The translations under genes were made by a program, and so were the position numbers. Below, one piece after another: positions 1 through 19,170 of a stretch of DNA of 64,000 nucleotides. The first letter of the stretch is position 1, and each line of letters begins with the position of its first letter. Source of the DNA: Centroscyllium fabricii (taxonomy: Eukaryota); contig JBNRSN020000023.1 in assembly GCA_051313645.2 (NCBI GenBank), positions 4,154,001-4,218,000 on the forward strand, read 5' to 3'. The notes under the pieces were generated by a model. The model saw only the letters and a program-made list of their open reading frames with translations. It made no database searches and was not told the origin of the DNA.

Positions 1-114
1 TGGAGAGGGAACTTATTGTTTAAGGGCTTAGGTGGTCCCGATTGATGATGTAATCTTCCTGATTGCTTAACCAAAAGAGTGGAGCCACTTTCAGATCAAT
101 TTGAGCAAAGCTAA

Positions 115-243
115 CACAAAAGCTGTTTTTATGGCTTTGTTGTATTGCGGCTAATGATTGTAATGGGTTTATTGTGTAATTTTTGAGTTGTATAAGTACT
201 GTTGTACTTGAATGTTAAAATAAAAATCTAGTTTCCCTGAAAA
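115..243 (+). mobile_element. Short AT-rich retro-insertion with AATAAA
   Basis: Flanked by an imperfect 17-bp direct repeat (aatttgagcaaagctaa 98-114 / aatttgagccaagttaa 245-261). Absent from the paralogous sequence upstream of g6 and g8. Confidence 0.5.
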
Positions 244-276
244 CAATTTGAGCCAAGTTAAAGAAAGCAACAGCAA

Positions 277-552
277 TGACATCATAGAATAATCATCCAA
301 ATCTCTGTATTCCAAAGCTCTGATTGGCTCTGGGTATCTTAAACCCCTCCCCCTCTCCTTTGTTAATTGGTGCCTGGATTGATGGAAGATCCTGACTGGC
401 TCTCAGGGATTGTCAATCATCATTGGTCATACCAGACCCTGTTGAAATGCAGGCTGTCCCACTAGTATAAATACAGGAGCTTGTGAGGGCAGAGGTTAGG
501 TTGTTGTTACAGTGGAGTTTGAATTTAGTGCTGATCAACAGGAAGAGTTAAG
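277..552 (+). promoter_or_regulatory. Ferritin g1 promoter and 5'UTR
   Basis: TGACATCA (ATF/AP-1-like) 277-284; inverted CCAAT boxes (ATTGG) 323, 366, 422; TATAAAT 466-472. The block is near-identical upstream of all eight copies. Confidence 0.8.
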
Positions 553-5152
<4,600 letters not shown>

Positions 5153-5783
5153 CTGAATTTACTGCAGACACCCCAACCTGTATATTGAGTGATCTCAGTG
5201 GTTTATGAGGATTTGACTGAGCTCTGTAAAATATGTCTCTGAAGAACTGAGGTCCCATGTTGGTGACATTTATGGTGAAGTACTGTAACAGCAAATAAAA
5301 GCTATTGAGTATTCAACTTGTCCTTGAAGTGATGCTTGTTGGGGGGAGAATGCAATTTGGCTTTATGCCACAAAAATGATTGGAGACAGGACCTAATGAG
5401 TCTGAACACCTGACTGGCTCCAGTCCTCTGTGCCAGCTGAACTTTATTCAGGGCCTTGCTAAGTAGCCAATGGTGTATAATTTCTAAATTATTTTGACCC
5501 ATGTGCTTTAGAAAGATGATTACAGTGAGGCAGTTTGCAATATTTCACAACACTGCTCTGGTCATGGCTGAGGAATGAGTCTTTGTTCCAATCAGTTAGC
5601 TGTTCCAAGATCATATTGCTTTTTCTATTACATTGAGGGAATGGTAAAGCTGTGTACAGAAGGAATATTACTGCTGCACTAATGGTTCAACAATCACACA
5701 CTTGCATAGGAGAATAACTCCTGCAATGAGAGGCTAGGAATCTTAGCGGTCAGGAATATGTCCCTCTCTCAATCAAGGTAGTC

Positions 5784-7393
5784 TGTAGCGCCTCAGGCCT
5801 AGTGACCACGTGAGTCAGAGCTTAGAGAAAACACAGCTTTAATCATCAACTACAGTACAAGAAAGAGGCAGAACCACTCCGGACAGGTTTATTTAAACTT
5901 TCCCGCGGTTGGTGACGTCATCGCGTCGGCCGACGTGATGACGTAGTCGCGTCACCCGGATGAGCGGGGCTCCGCTCTGCGGAGTCCCCGTGGCGGATTC
6001 GATGTCCCCGTGGGTGTACCGCCACACAGCTCCCCCCAGAATCCGTCCGGGAGGAATAGTGACAGTGTCTATGTGTGCCGTTGGGGTGGCCGGATGATGC
6101 GGCCGGACCGTGTTGCTAGTAGTCTCTGGTTCTGTGGTGGAGTGTGGGCGGGTTTTGTTGCGGGAGGGCAACCGCGTTGAGGTGGTTGTGCGGGGACCGT
6201 GGTCTCGCCCGCTATCACATGTGCCGGCTTGAGCCGGTCTATTACAGTTTCAGTCCTGTTACCCAGTTGTAAATCAAAAGTTTTAGCTCCCGCCCGAAGC
6301 ACTCTGTATGGGCCATCATAAGGTGGCTGTAGTGGAGATCGGTGTCCATCGTGCCGGACAAACACAAATTTAGCATTTTTAATGTCCTCCGGCACCCGAG
6401 CTGCCGGCTCTCCGTGCCGGGCCACTGGCAGTGGCTGGAAAGCTCGTGCCGGGTTTGCAAAGTCCTTTAAATACTGGGCGGCTGACCAGGGAGCGTTGGG
6501 CTCAGCCAGGAACTCGCCCGGCACCGTTAAAGCTTGGCCGTAGACGAGCTCCGCTGCTGAAGCGTTAAGGTCTTCTTTGACTGCTGAGCGCAGCCCGAGG
6601 AGGACCCATGGAAGGCGGTCGGTCTGGTGGCGCGGGGTAATTTGAGGAGGAAGACGGTGCGAAATAGGGAGGCAGGATTGGGTGTGAGCGCCTGCATCTG
6701 ACCTAAGAGGTCCGATGGGTCTGCGTCCCCGAGTTCGGGGAGGTCGAGGAGCTGGCAGTCGCGCTCAAACTGAGAGGGGGTAAATTTTTTAATAAGCGTT
6801 GCCTTAAGCGTTTCATACCTGCCTGCAGCGGGCACGCGCTGGATCTTTGACCACATCCTATCGATGGTCGTCTGTGGAAGGGCTGTGAACACCAAGTCGT
6901 AGCGGTTGTCCCCTTGTATGCCATGTGAGCGGCAGCTGGCCTCTATGCAGACAAACCAGGCCGCTGGCCGTTGCTCCCAGAACTCGGGTAAAGTAAGTCC
7001 ACGCCCGGCATTCTGTCCAGCTCCTTGCGTTCGTGGAGCTTGATTTCTTGGGTTGACCATGTTTCTTTTAAAAAGTCTTTGGCTGGTGGTCCCAGATCCT
7101 GTGGCAGCTTTTTCTTCACTGGAATTCGTTCCAGTTCGGGGTCACCACTGTAGCGCCTCAGGCCTAGTGACCACACGTGAGCCAGAGCTTAGAGAAAACA
7201 CAGCTTTAATCATCAACTACAGTACAAGAAAGAGGCAGAACCACTCAGGACAGGCTTATTTAAACGGTCCCGCGGTTGGTGATGTCATCGCGTCGGCCGA
7301 CGTGATGACGTAGTCGCGTCACGCAGATGAGCGGGGCTCTGCTCCACGGAGTCCCCGTGGCGGATTCAATGTCCCCGTGGGTGTACCGCCACA
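5784..7393 (-). mobile_element. Internally deleted Gypsy LTR retrotransposon
   Basis: LTRs 5784-6026 and 7149-7393 (TG..CA, ~95% identical by eye); AGTC TSD. PBS TGGTGACCCCGA (7147-7136, tRNA-Trp-like); PPT near 6027-6040. Gag N-terminus (LPEFW..PAAWF) and integrase C-terminus (LQPPYDGPYRV..IDRLKP). Confidence 0.92.
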
Positions 7394-8377
7394 AGTCCTT
7401 GCATTTGGCTGACTGCAATGTATGGACTGAAGTTGTTAATGGTGTCTCCTGTAGTTACCTGGGTGTGTTTTAGTTAATCTTTGACCTGTGCTCTAGCAGC
7501 TGATCAAGGCTCCCTAAAATCCGAATCTGTGTTCAATATGATTCCCTTGCTGTTATATTGATTCATTTACCTCTGCCCTGCCTAGATATGGTTATTGATT
7601 TTTCCCCATTGCTGGCAAAGGAATAAAAATGGAAACATAGAAGATCAGAGTAGGCCATTCGGCCCCTTGAGCCTGCTCTGCCATTCTACGCAATCCTAGC
7701 TGATCATTCAATTTCAGTACCCTTTCCCTGCTTTCTCTCCAAATCCCGTGATCCCTTTAGCTTTAAGAAATATATCCAACTCCTTCTTGAATATATTTAA
7801 TGAGTTGGCCTCAACCGCCTTCTGCGGTAGAGAATTCTACATGTTCACCACTCTCGGTGAAAAAATTCCTCCCCATCTCTGTCCTAAATGGCTTACTCGG
7901 TAGACTCTGATCCCCGGTTCTGGACTCCCCAGCCATCGGGAACATTCTTCCTGCATTTAGGCTGTCTAGTCCTGTTAGAATTTTATAAGTTTCAATGAGA
8001 TCCCCTCTCATTCTTCTAAACTCCAACAGGGACAAGCCCAATCGACCCAATCTCTCCTCATATGTCACTCCGGCCATCCCAGGTATCAGCCTGGTGAATA
8101 TTCGCTGCACTCCCTCCATGGCAAGAACATCCTTCATTTAGATAAGGTGATGAAAACTGGATACAATACTCAAGATGTGGTCTCACCAAGGCCCTGTCCA
8201 TCTGCAGCAAGACATCCTTGATCCTGTACTCAGACCATCACGCCACCAAGGCCAGCATACCATTTGCCTTCTTAAACGCCTGCTGCGCCTGCATGCTTCC
8301 CTTCAGCGACTGGTGCACAAGAACACCCAGGTCCCGTCGCACTTCCCCGTCTCCCAATCTATTGCCATTCAGATAAT

Positions 8378-8776
8378 AGAAACATAGAAACATAGAAGAT
8401 AGGAGCAGGAGTAGGCCATTCGGCCCTTCGAGCCTGCTCCGCCATTCAATGAGATCATGGCTGATCATCCAAACCCAGCACCCCGCCCCTGCCCTCCCCC
8501 CATATCCCTATCAAGCCTGCACCAACACACATCCCACCCTATCCCTGTAACCCCAAATATTCAACCCCCCTAACACTAAGGGTCAATTTATCCCGGCCAA
8601 TCAACCTAACCCGCACATCTTTGGACTGTGGGAGGAAACCGGAGCACCCGGAGGAAACCCACACAGACACGGGGAGAATTTGCAAACTCCACACAGATAG
8701 TACCCAAGGCTGGATTTGAACCCGGGTCTCCAGAGCTGTGAGGCAACAGTGCTAACCACTGTGCCACCGTGCCGCC
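8378..8776 (-). mobile_element. HE1-like SINE nested in CR1
   Basis: Full head ggcggcacggtggcacagtggttagc, V-SINE core and (tatgtttc)n tail on the minus strand. Confidence 0.85.
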
Positions 8777-8990
8777 TTGTTTTTGACACCAAAGTGGATA
8801 AACTCGCATTTATCCGCGTTATATTGCATCTGCCATGCTTCTGCCCAATTACCCAACCTGTCCAATTCATACTGGAGTTTCTCGGTATCCTCCTCGCAGC
8901 TCACACGCCCACCCAGCTTTGTGTTGTCTGCAAACTTGGAGATATTACATCTCGTTCCCTCGTCCAGATCATTAATGTATATTGTGAATA

Positions 8991-9156
8991 AATGCAAGAA
9001 GTCATACAACACCAGGCTACAGTCCAACAGTTTTATTTTAAATCACAAGCTTTCGGAGCTTAAAATAATTTAAAATAAAATGGTTGGACTATAACCTGGT
9101 GTTGTGTGACTTCTTGCATTTGTCCACCCCAGTCCAACACCGGCACCTCCACATCA
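8991..9156. mobile_element. Penelope-like 3'-end fold-back insertion
   Basis: Inverted copy of gttggactataacctggtgttgtgtgacttcttgcattt; 13-bp TSD tatattgtgaata (8978-8990 / 9157-9169). Same family as 53479-53648. Confidence 0.7.
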
Positions 9157-9419
9157 TATATTGTGAATAGCTGGGGTCCAAGCACCGATCCCTGCGGTAC
9201 CCCCCTAGTCACTGCCTGCCACTCGGAAAAAGAGACCTTTATTCCAACTCTTTGCTTTCTGTCTGCCAACCAGTTCTCTATCCAAGTCAATTCCTTGCCC
9301 CCAATCCCATGTGCTTTAATTTTACACGCTAATCTCTTATGCGGGACCTTATCGAAAGCCTTTTTGAAAGTTACAGAACAGGAGTCAAAAAAGAAAGTTA
9401 AACACAGTGAGAGGAAATT

Positions 9420-10290
9420 CTAGTTAAATTGAGTTAAACTGTCTGTACAGCAATAGTGTCGGTAATAAAACAAGGGAACTGGAGGCAGTCGTGTGTTGCG
9501 AGGCAAAAAACATCGTAAGGATTAGAGACACGGCGACAGAAAAATCAGGACTGGGAATTAAACATTGCAGGGTATAACAGATTTTGAAATGATAGGGAGG
9601 GTAAAGGGGGAGGTGGAGTAGCTGTATTTAATGGCAGTAGAAAAAAATGGCGCAGATATCAGCAAGACAAAAATAGAATTATTATGGGTAGAGATCAAAG
9701 ATAATAAAGGATCAATCACAATAATGGGGGTAGTCTACAGACCACCTAATAGTGGAAGGGAGATGGAGGAGGAAATATGCAGACAAATTAGGGAAATGAG
9801 TAAAAAACATAGAATAATAATCACGGGGGATTTCAATTACCCCGATGTTAATTGGACAGAAGAGGTAGGTAAAGGGGATACGGGACTGGAGATCCTACAA
9901 TGTGGACAGGACTCCTTTCTAACCCAATATGTAAAAAGCCCAACAAAGGAGGATTCGCTATTGGATCAAGTAATGGAGAATGAGCCAGAGCAGTTCAGAG
10001 AATTAAAAGGGGAGCATCTAGGCAATAGTGACCATAATATAATACGCTCTAAGATGATAATTGAGAAGGACATATGTATGATGAAAACCAGGTTAACAGA
10101 TTGAAGAAAAGCTGATTTTGAGGGGCTGAGAATAGAACTTGGAGAAAAAAAGGGCAACAATATTGGCAAACAACGATGTAGAACAGCAATGGGAAACATT
10201 TAAAACGGTGTTCAACAGAATACAGGAAAAATATATTCCGCTAAAAGGAAAGAACAAACTAAACAATAATGAGGCTCCATGGATGAATAA
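9420..10290 (+). mobile_element. CR1-type LINE ORF2 endonuclease fragment
   Basis: ORF 9631-10104: GVVYRPPNS, IIITGDFNYPDVNW, GNSDHNII. Confidence 0.85.
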
Positions 10291-10805
10291 TCTGGGAACG
10301 TGTGCATGGCACATTCCTCACACCCACTGTCCGTTCTCCTGGCTCATTGTTGGGAGGTGGGTTTGCAGACTTGGTGAGGACTGATCTACTTGGATGTTGC
10401 AGCAAGGCCATAGCCACCGGCAAATAACAAACTCTGGGAACTTCTATGTAGTAGCAACCAATAATTGCAAACAGATCAAATTTAAACCCATGTTTCTGAT
10501 TATTTATTCCTCACTGTTAAGTGTTTTCTAGTTTATTTTAAGTTTTATTTAAAGTTTTGTCCAGTTACAGTTAATTTACAGGTAATTTGGTTCAATAAAA
10601 AGAGGACTGTTAAGTGTTCTTTTGAAAAAGGTCAAAGCAATGGGATGTTTATTAAATTGTCAGCCAATGACGCTCATCGTTCAAAGATCTCAAGGGTTCT
10701 GAGCATATCTCCCTTCCTCTTCTTCCGAAACTGGTGCGCACCATGGGACCTGGAGTGCATCGTCACCCCGGCCGGGGTGATTTTAGTTTAATTTGATAAG
10801 TTTTC
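10290..10805 (+). mobile_element. Degenerate Tx1-like 3' fragments
   Basis: 10733-10800 resembles the Tx1 ORF2 end at 15520-15560; the T-rich stretch 10530-10600 resembles the Tx1 3'UTR at 15560-15600. Confidence 0.4.
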
Positions 10806-11112
10806 ATAGAATCATAGAATCCCTACAGTGCAGATAGAGGCCATTTCCGCCCATCGAACCTGCACTGACACATATCCCACCCTATCCCCGTAACCCCCAC
10901 ATATTCAATCCCCCTAACACTGTCAATTTATCCTGGCCAATCAACCTAACCCGCACATCTTTGGACTGTGGGAGGAAACCGGAGCTCCTGGAGGAAACCT
11001 ACACAGACACGGGGAGAATGTGCAAACGCCACACAGATACTCACCCGAGGCCGGATTTGAACTCAAGCCCCTAGCGCTGTGAGGCAACAGTGCTAACCAC
11101 TATGCCACCATG
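10806..11112 (-). mobile_element. HE1-like SINE
   Basis: V-SINE core and tRNA-like head on minus; (tatgattc)n-type tail. Confidence 0.8.
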
Positions 11113-11168
11113 TTTTTAAGCTTCTTTAGAGTCCGCTTGTTCGGGAGAGGGGGAGACTCCGCTCGGTG

Positions 11169-11548
11169 ATGCAGAGGGCCCTGTAGATGGAGTAGAGTGT
11201 CAACCAGAGTCTGCCGGATCTGCACAAACCCTCCGCTGGGAGCGCCGACCCTCATCTGTGTGAATTCCTGGAGACCCGCTATCCAGATGAACGGGCGAAG
11301 ACGACCAGGAAGCTTGGAGAGACTGGGACCTCTGCCTTGTAGGCATGAGGGATTGTGATCGTGACCCCTGCCTTGTAGGCATGAGGGCTTGTGACTTTTG
11401 ACCCCTGCCTTGTAGGCATGAGGGCTTGCAACTTTGCCGGGAGCTATGACTTGAGCACTGTAAATGTTGTTTTGTGTAAAATTGTTGTTTTATATAAAAG
11501 AGTTGAGCTCTGTAATGTTGTTTTGTAATTATTTTAAAATAAAAGAGT
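11169..11548 (+). pseudogene. Processed ferritin pseudogene fragment (spliced exon 3-exon 4, VNTR, 3'UTR)
   Basis: MQRAL*ME*SVNQSLPDLHKPSAGSADPH|LCEFLETRYPDERAKTTRKLG with no intron at 11255/11256; then ~3 VNTR units and AATAAA 11538-11543. Confidence 0.85.
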
Positions 11549-11550
11549 AA

Positions 11551-11825
11551 TGACATCACAGAATAATCATCCAAACCTCTGTATTCCAAAGCTCTGATTG
11601 GCTCTGGGTATCTCAAACCCCTCCCCCTCTCCTTTGTTAATTGGTGCCTGGATTCATGAAGATCCTGACTGGTTATCGGGGATTGTCAATCATCATTGGT
11701 CATACCAGACCCTGTTGAAATGCAGGCTGTCCCACTAGTATAAATACAGGAGCTTGTGAGGGCAGAGGTTAGGTTGTTGTTACAGTGCAGTTTGAATTTA
11801 GTGCTGATCAACAGGAAGAGTTAAG
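11551..11825 (+). promoter_or_regulatory. Ferritin g2 promoter and 5'UTR
   Basis: TGACATCA 11551-11558, three ATTGG boxes, TATAAAT 11739-11745. Confidence 0.8.
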
Positions 11826-14660
<2,835 letters not shown>

Positions 14661-14877
14661 TGGGGATTCTTGAACCATTAGTTCTATACATGGTGGAAAT
14701 GAAGTGACCAACTTCGAATGGTGAATGCTTTGGTTGTGGTTATTTTCCAGTTTTCTCATCTAACTGTCACAGTACATGGAAATAAAAGTTATTCATCAGT
14801 GAACTGGTTTGTCTTTGTTGTATAATTCAGTAGCTGATCTGATTGAGATCACTCCCTGCACGATACACAGCTGTACA

Positions 14878-15609
14878 GGCGCCTCACAACTTGAGCAATC
14901 TCAGAGATGCCCTCCGTGCCTTTTCATTCTGCACGGAGGCGTTTCCTGTACAGGCTGCTCCTGCACACTCTCCACTTTGCCATCTTTGCCTGCTGTCTGC
15001 ACACGCCCTAGTGTGCCATTTTCCCATCCAACAGAGGTGGATGTCCCCAATGGGGGGGCTCTCTATGCAGGAGTCCTCCCGTGTTCTATTGGGGACTTGG
15101 CGTGCAGGGTGTTGCACGGAGAAGTCACGTGCAACAAGGTTTTAAATAGGTTCATGGACTCCCAGGCCGCCTATCTTTTCTGCGGCCTGGAGGAGTCCGT
15201 GTTTCACGTTTACAATGAATGCGAGAGGTTGCAGCCCTTGCAGCCCCTCTCTCATTATTTGAAGGGGCTGCTCCTCGTGTTTTGGTTGCACTTAAGTCCC
15301 ACGATCCTGATCTACGGCCATCCGGTGCGGAGGGGAGCGGGCGGGTTGGAGGACCTCCTCGTGGGTCTGCTCCTGGACATTGCTAAAAAAGCCATTAATT
15401 GGTCGAGGGGGTCGTCTGGACAGATTGCCTGCCTCTTCCACGACCATGTTAGCGCCCGGGTGGCCCTGAAGATGGAGAATGCGGTGTCCGCTTGAGGCAC
15501 TCCAGGCCCCCGGCGTCCATGAAAAGCATCATCAACCCGGCAAATCAAATTTTGATTTAAGTTAAGTTTGATTTAAAGTTTTATTAATTTACAGAAAGAC
15601 TACTAAGAG
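14878..15609 (+). mobile_element. 5'-truncated Tx1-clade LINE
   Basis: ORF2 C-terminus with zinc-finger region (FCGLEESVFHVYNECERL; DLLVGLLLDIAK); 14-bp TSD TACACAGCTGTACA 14864-14877 / 15610-15623. Confidence 0.85.
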
Positions 15610-16194
15610 TACACAGCTGTACAATGTATGATTTTTAAAATTGAATATTATACACCAAACAACATTTACGGAGCTCAAGTCACACCTCTTGGCAAAGTTA
15701 CAATGTATGATTAAGCTGAAACTTGTATGTCTAACAACATAGAAGACCCACCCAGTTCAGATTCCGAAATGTGATTCTGTGCCTACCCAGGATGCAGTGA
15801 CCACATCTTCAAATTATCACTTGAGGCTCATAAAGGTTTTCCTGAAACTAACATTGGTGAGAATTTCTGGTTGGGGAGAAAAGGTTTCCTTTTCATAACA
15901 TTTTCCAGCTATGTCACAGTTGTGGAGCTTTTAAAACAAAGGAGTTGGGTGGTTGAATTAATACCTTCAGTGTTGACTCTCTTCAGTCGGGGGAGTGAAG
16001 AATCTGCTGGGCCTCCTGCCTCACCCTCGTATCTCCGGCCACAGAAGGTGCAGGATGGACTCGGAGTCTTTGAATTAGACGGATGGCACAAGTCACTCAC
16101 TGGATTGTTGAAGCTTTGTGACATGTATACATCGTACAGCATTGAACGCCTTGGACTCTTAATGTGGGCAGGCTGTCTTTTGTTTAACATCGTA

Positions 16195-17575
16195 GAGCCA
16201 TAGAGTTATACAGCACAGAAAGAGGCCTTCCGGCCCATCGTGTCTGCGCCGCCCATCAAGCCCTGTCTATTCTAATCCCATATCCCATTTTTCAAGCATT
16301 TGGGTTGCAGGCTTTAGCCTTGTATGCTATGGCATTTCAAGTGCTCATCCAAATGCTTCCTGAATGTTGAGGGTTCCTGCCTCTACCACCCTTTCAGGCA
16401 GTGAGTTCCAAATTCCAACCGCCCTCTGGGTGATAATGTTTTTCCTCAAATCCTCGCTAAACCTCCTGCCCCTAACATTGAAACTATGCCCCCTCGTTAT
16501 TGACCCCTCTACTAAGGGAAAAAAGTTCCTTTCTATCTGCCCTATCTACGCCCCTCATAATTTTGTACACCTCAATCAGGTCCCCCCTCAACCTTCTCTG
16601 CTCCAAGGAAAACAACCCCAGTCTGTCCAGTCTTCATAGCTGAAGCGCTCCAGCCCAGGTAACATCCTGGTGAATCTCCTCTGCACCCTCTCCAAAGCAA
16701 TCACATCCTTCCTATAGTGTGGCGACCAGAACTGCACACAGTACTCCAGCTGTGGCCTTACCAACCTTTTGTAGAGCTCCATCATAACCTCCCCGCTCTT
16801 ATATTCTATGCCTCAGCTAATGAAGGCAAGTATCCCATATGCCTTTTTAACCACCTTATCCACCTGTCCTGCTGCCTTCAGGGATCTATGTACATGCACA
16901 CCAAGGTCCCTCTGATCCTCTGTCTTTCCTAGGGTCTTACCATTCATTCTGTATTCCCTTGCCTTGTTAGTCCTTCCAAAATGCATCACCTCACACTTTT
17001 CCGGGTTAAATTCCATTTGCCACTGTTCCGCCCATCTGACCAACCCGTCTATATCGTCCTGCAGACTGAGGCTTTCCTCCTCACTATTTACCACCCCACC
17101 AATTTTCGTGTCGTCTGCGAACTTACTGATCATACCTTTACATTCATATTCAAATCATTAATGAAGGCTACAAACAGCAAGGGACCCAGCACAGATCCCT
17201 GCGGTACCACACTGGACACAGGCTTCCAGTCACAAAAACAGCCTTCGACCATCACCCTCTGCCACTAAGCCAGTTTTGGATCCACTGTGCCAAAGTGCCC
17301 TGGATCCCATGGGCTCTTACCTTCTTGACCAGTCTCCTATGTAAGGGGTGTGCGACATTACACCTATGCGGGACTTTATCAAAAGCCTTACTGAAATCCA
17401 TGTAGAAACATAGAAACTAGGAGCAGGAGTAGGCCATTCAGCCCTTCGAGCCTGCTCTGCCATTCAATGAGGTCATGGCTGATCATCCAAACCCAGTACC
17501 CCGCCCCTGCCTTGTCCCCATATCCCTCGATCCCCATCGAGCCTGCACCGACACATATCCCACCCTATCCCCGTC
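16195..17575 (-). mobile_element. CR1-type LINE 3' fragment with SINE tail inserted at ~17405-17575
   Basis: SKFADDTKIGG, VRPQLEYCVQFWSP, ERVQRRFTRM; duplicated at 23910-25070. Confidence 0.85.
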
Positions 17576-18699
17576 CTGCCAAGGGTGACAGTTACCGATG
17601 AGTGAAAACACCAGACTGTACAAAATTATTCTCCAACCTGCAGTATATACCACTTGGAGCTTGGGTAAAGAATTGGTCATAATAAAAATTATATTAAAGC
17701 AAAATAATCCTGGACATCTTCACACAGCTTAGCAATTTAAACCGATCTCCTCAATTGCAGCATCACTAACTGTTCCAGGGATCCACCAGTTCATTGTAAT
17801 CAAATAGTTGCTTTCCATTATCTTCAACACTTCACTTGGTGTTTTTCTAATTACCACAACTCGTTCAGAAACACTGCCCTTAACCCACAAATACTGTGGT
17901 AGTAGTTTTCCTGAAGATTCCACAAATTAAACATCCATTAAAGTTCTTCAAAAATAGTTCACCTAAAGGACATGAATTAACTCCATTTGAAAATACTGAG
18001 GTACAAGAGCTCATTAAATATTCTCTCAAGAGCTGAGCTAACAGACAGGGTGAGCTGCTATACACGGTTAGACTGACTACAAATAACATATTGGCTTGAC
18101 TGGCAGGGGATGGGGGATACCGGCCTGAACAAGATTAGATACCATGGAATAGCAACAGGGCAGGCACATGGAATTAGGACTATTGTTGATGTGGAAGATA
18201 AACTCCAACACAAACTGGTTGGGACAAACATCCTATTTCTGTGTTGTACATTTTATGTAATTCACTCTTCTCAGTTCTGGAGGTTTTGTAGTCCTTCTGT
18301 TAAATGCCTGGTAGTTGGACCAGAGTTACAACAGGATAGGAAAACAAACTGAAATACTGCAGATTCTGGAAATCTCAAACAGAAACAGAAAATGCTGGAG
18401 ACACTCAGCAGGTCAGGCAGCATCGGTGGAGAAAACATGAGACACTTGACCTTTCAGGTGTAAAACCGTTCCTCACAACAGACCCGGGGTTTGCAGGAGA
18501 TGAGGAAACAGTGCAAACTAAACACAGGACTTTACAGCTCTTAAATTTCATGGGGATAAAACTCCACATCGCACTTTACAGTGACAGAGCAACAGATTCT
18601 GTCTGAAGCTCCCCACTGATCCACTTTCCATTTCCCCAACTCGTTGTGGGCTGGTTTGCAGATTCACTGCGGACTGTCTGGTGCAGGTCAGTCTCTTTC

Positions 18700-19158
18700 A
18701 ATCTATTGTGGTCAACATTGTGAACCTTGGTATCACGGACCCGTACTGGGCCCACCGAGATGCCCATCAATTCTCCAAGAGACGGGTTAACTCAGAGACG
18801 GTTTTGCTCGACACCATCTACAGGGAGGAATTTCTATTCGCAAAGTCAGCGAGCTCTGAGAGATATTTTTTTAAGCTGTGATTCTATCAGCCAACTCTTG
18901 CAGAAATCCTGCGTGCCATTCCACTCTGCATGGGCCGCTCCTGCACACACTCTACTCCAACGCCCTCCTCTCCCGTCCGGACTCGACCTGGCGACGGCGG
19001 GCTCTCTACGAGGGAGTCTTCCCCTGTTCCATTGGGGATCTGTCATGCAGAGCGTTGCATGGAGCAGTCCCTTGCATAATGTTTTCAAGTCGATTCCTGG
19101 TCTCCCAGGCTGCCTGTAACTTTTGCAGTCTGGAGGAGTCCGTGTTTCATGTCCATGT
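18700..19158 (+). mobile_element. Tx1-like ORF2 relic in duplicated spacer
   Basis: WRRRALYEGV..CRALHGAV..ACNFCSLEESVFHV; paralogs at ~26790-27247 (+) and 30601-30790, 39030-39420, 51816-52000 (-). Confidence 0.7.
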
Positions 19159-19170
19159 TAAAAGTGAGAG

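Larger units (their letters stand above)
7630..9370 (-). mobile_element. CR1/HER1-type LINE 3' fragment with nested insertions
   Basis: GVPQGSVLGP, SKFADNTKLGG, RGDLIETYKI; tail ctactctgatcttctatgtttc. Confidence 0.85.

Noticed and set aside
432-451. IRE-like GCATTTCAACAGGGTCTGG on the opposite strand of the promoter
   Set aside because: Antisense, upstream of the TATA box, and the loop is not CAGTG.
18576-18770. Recurrent ORF MMGISVGP..KETDLHQ.. (also 30668, 39346, 51930)
   Set aside because: Recurrence is explained by segmental duplication of the spacer; no splice or promoter support.
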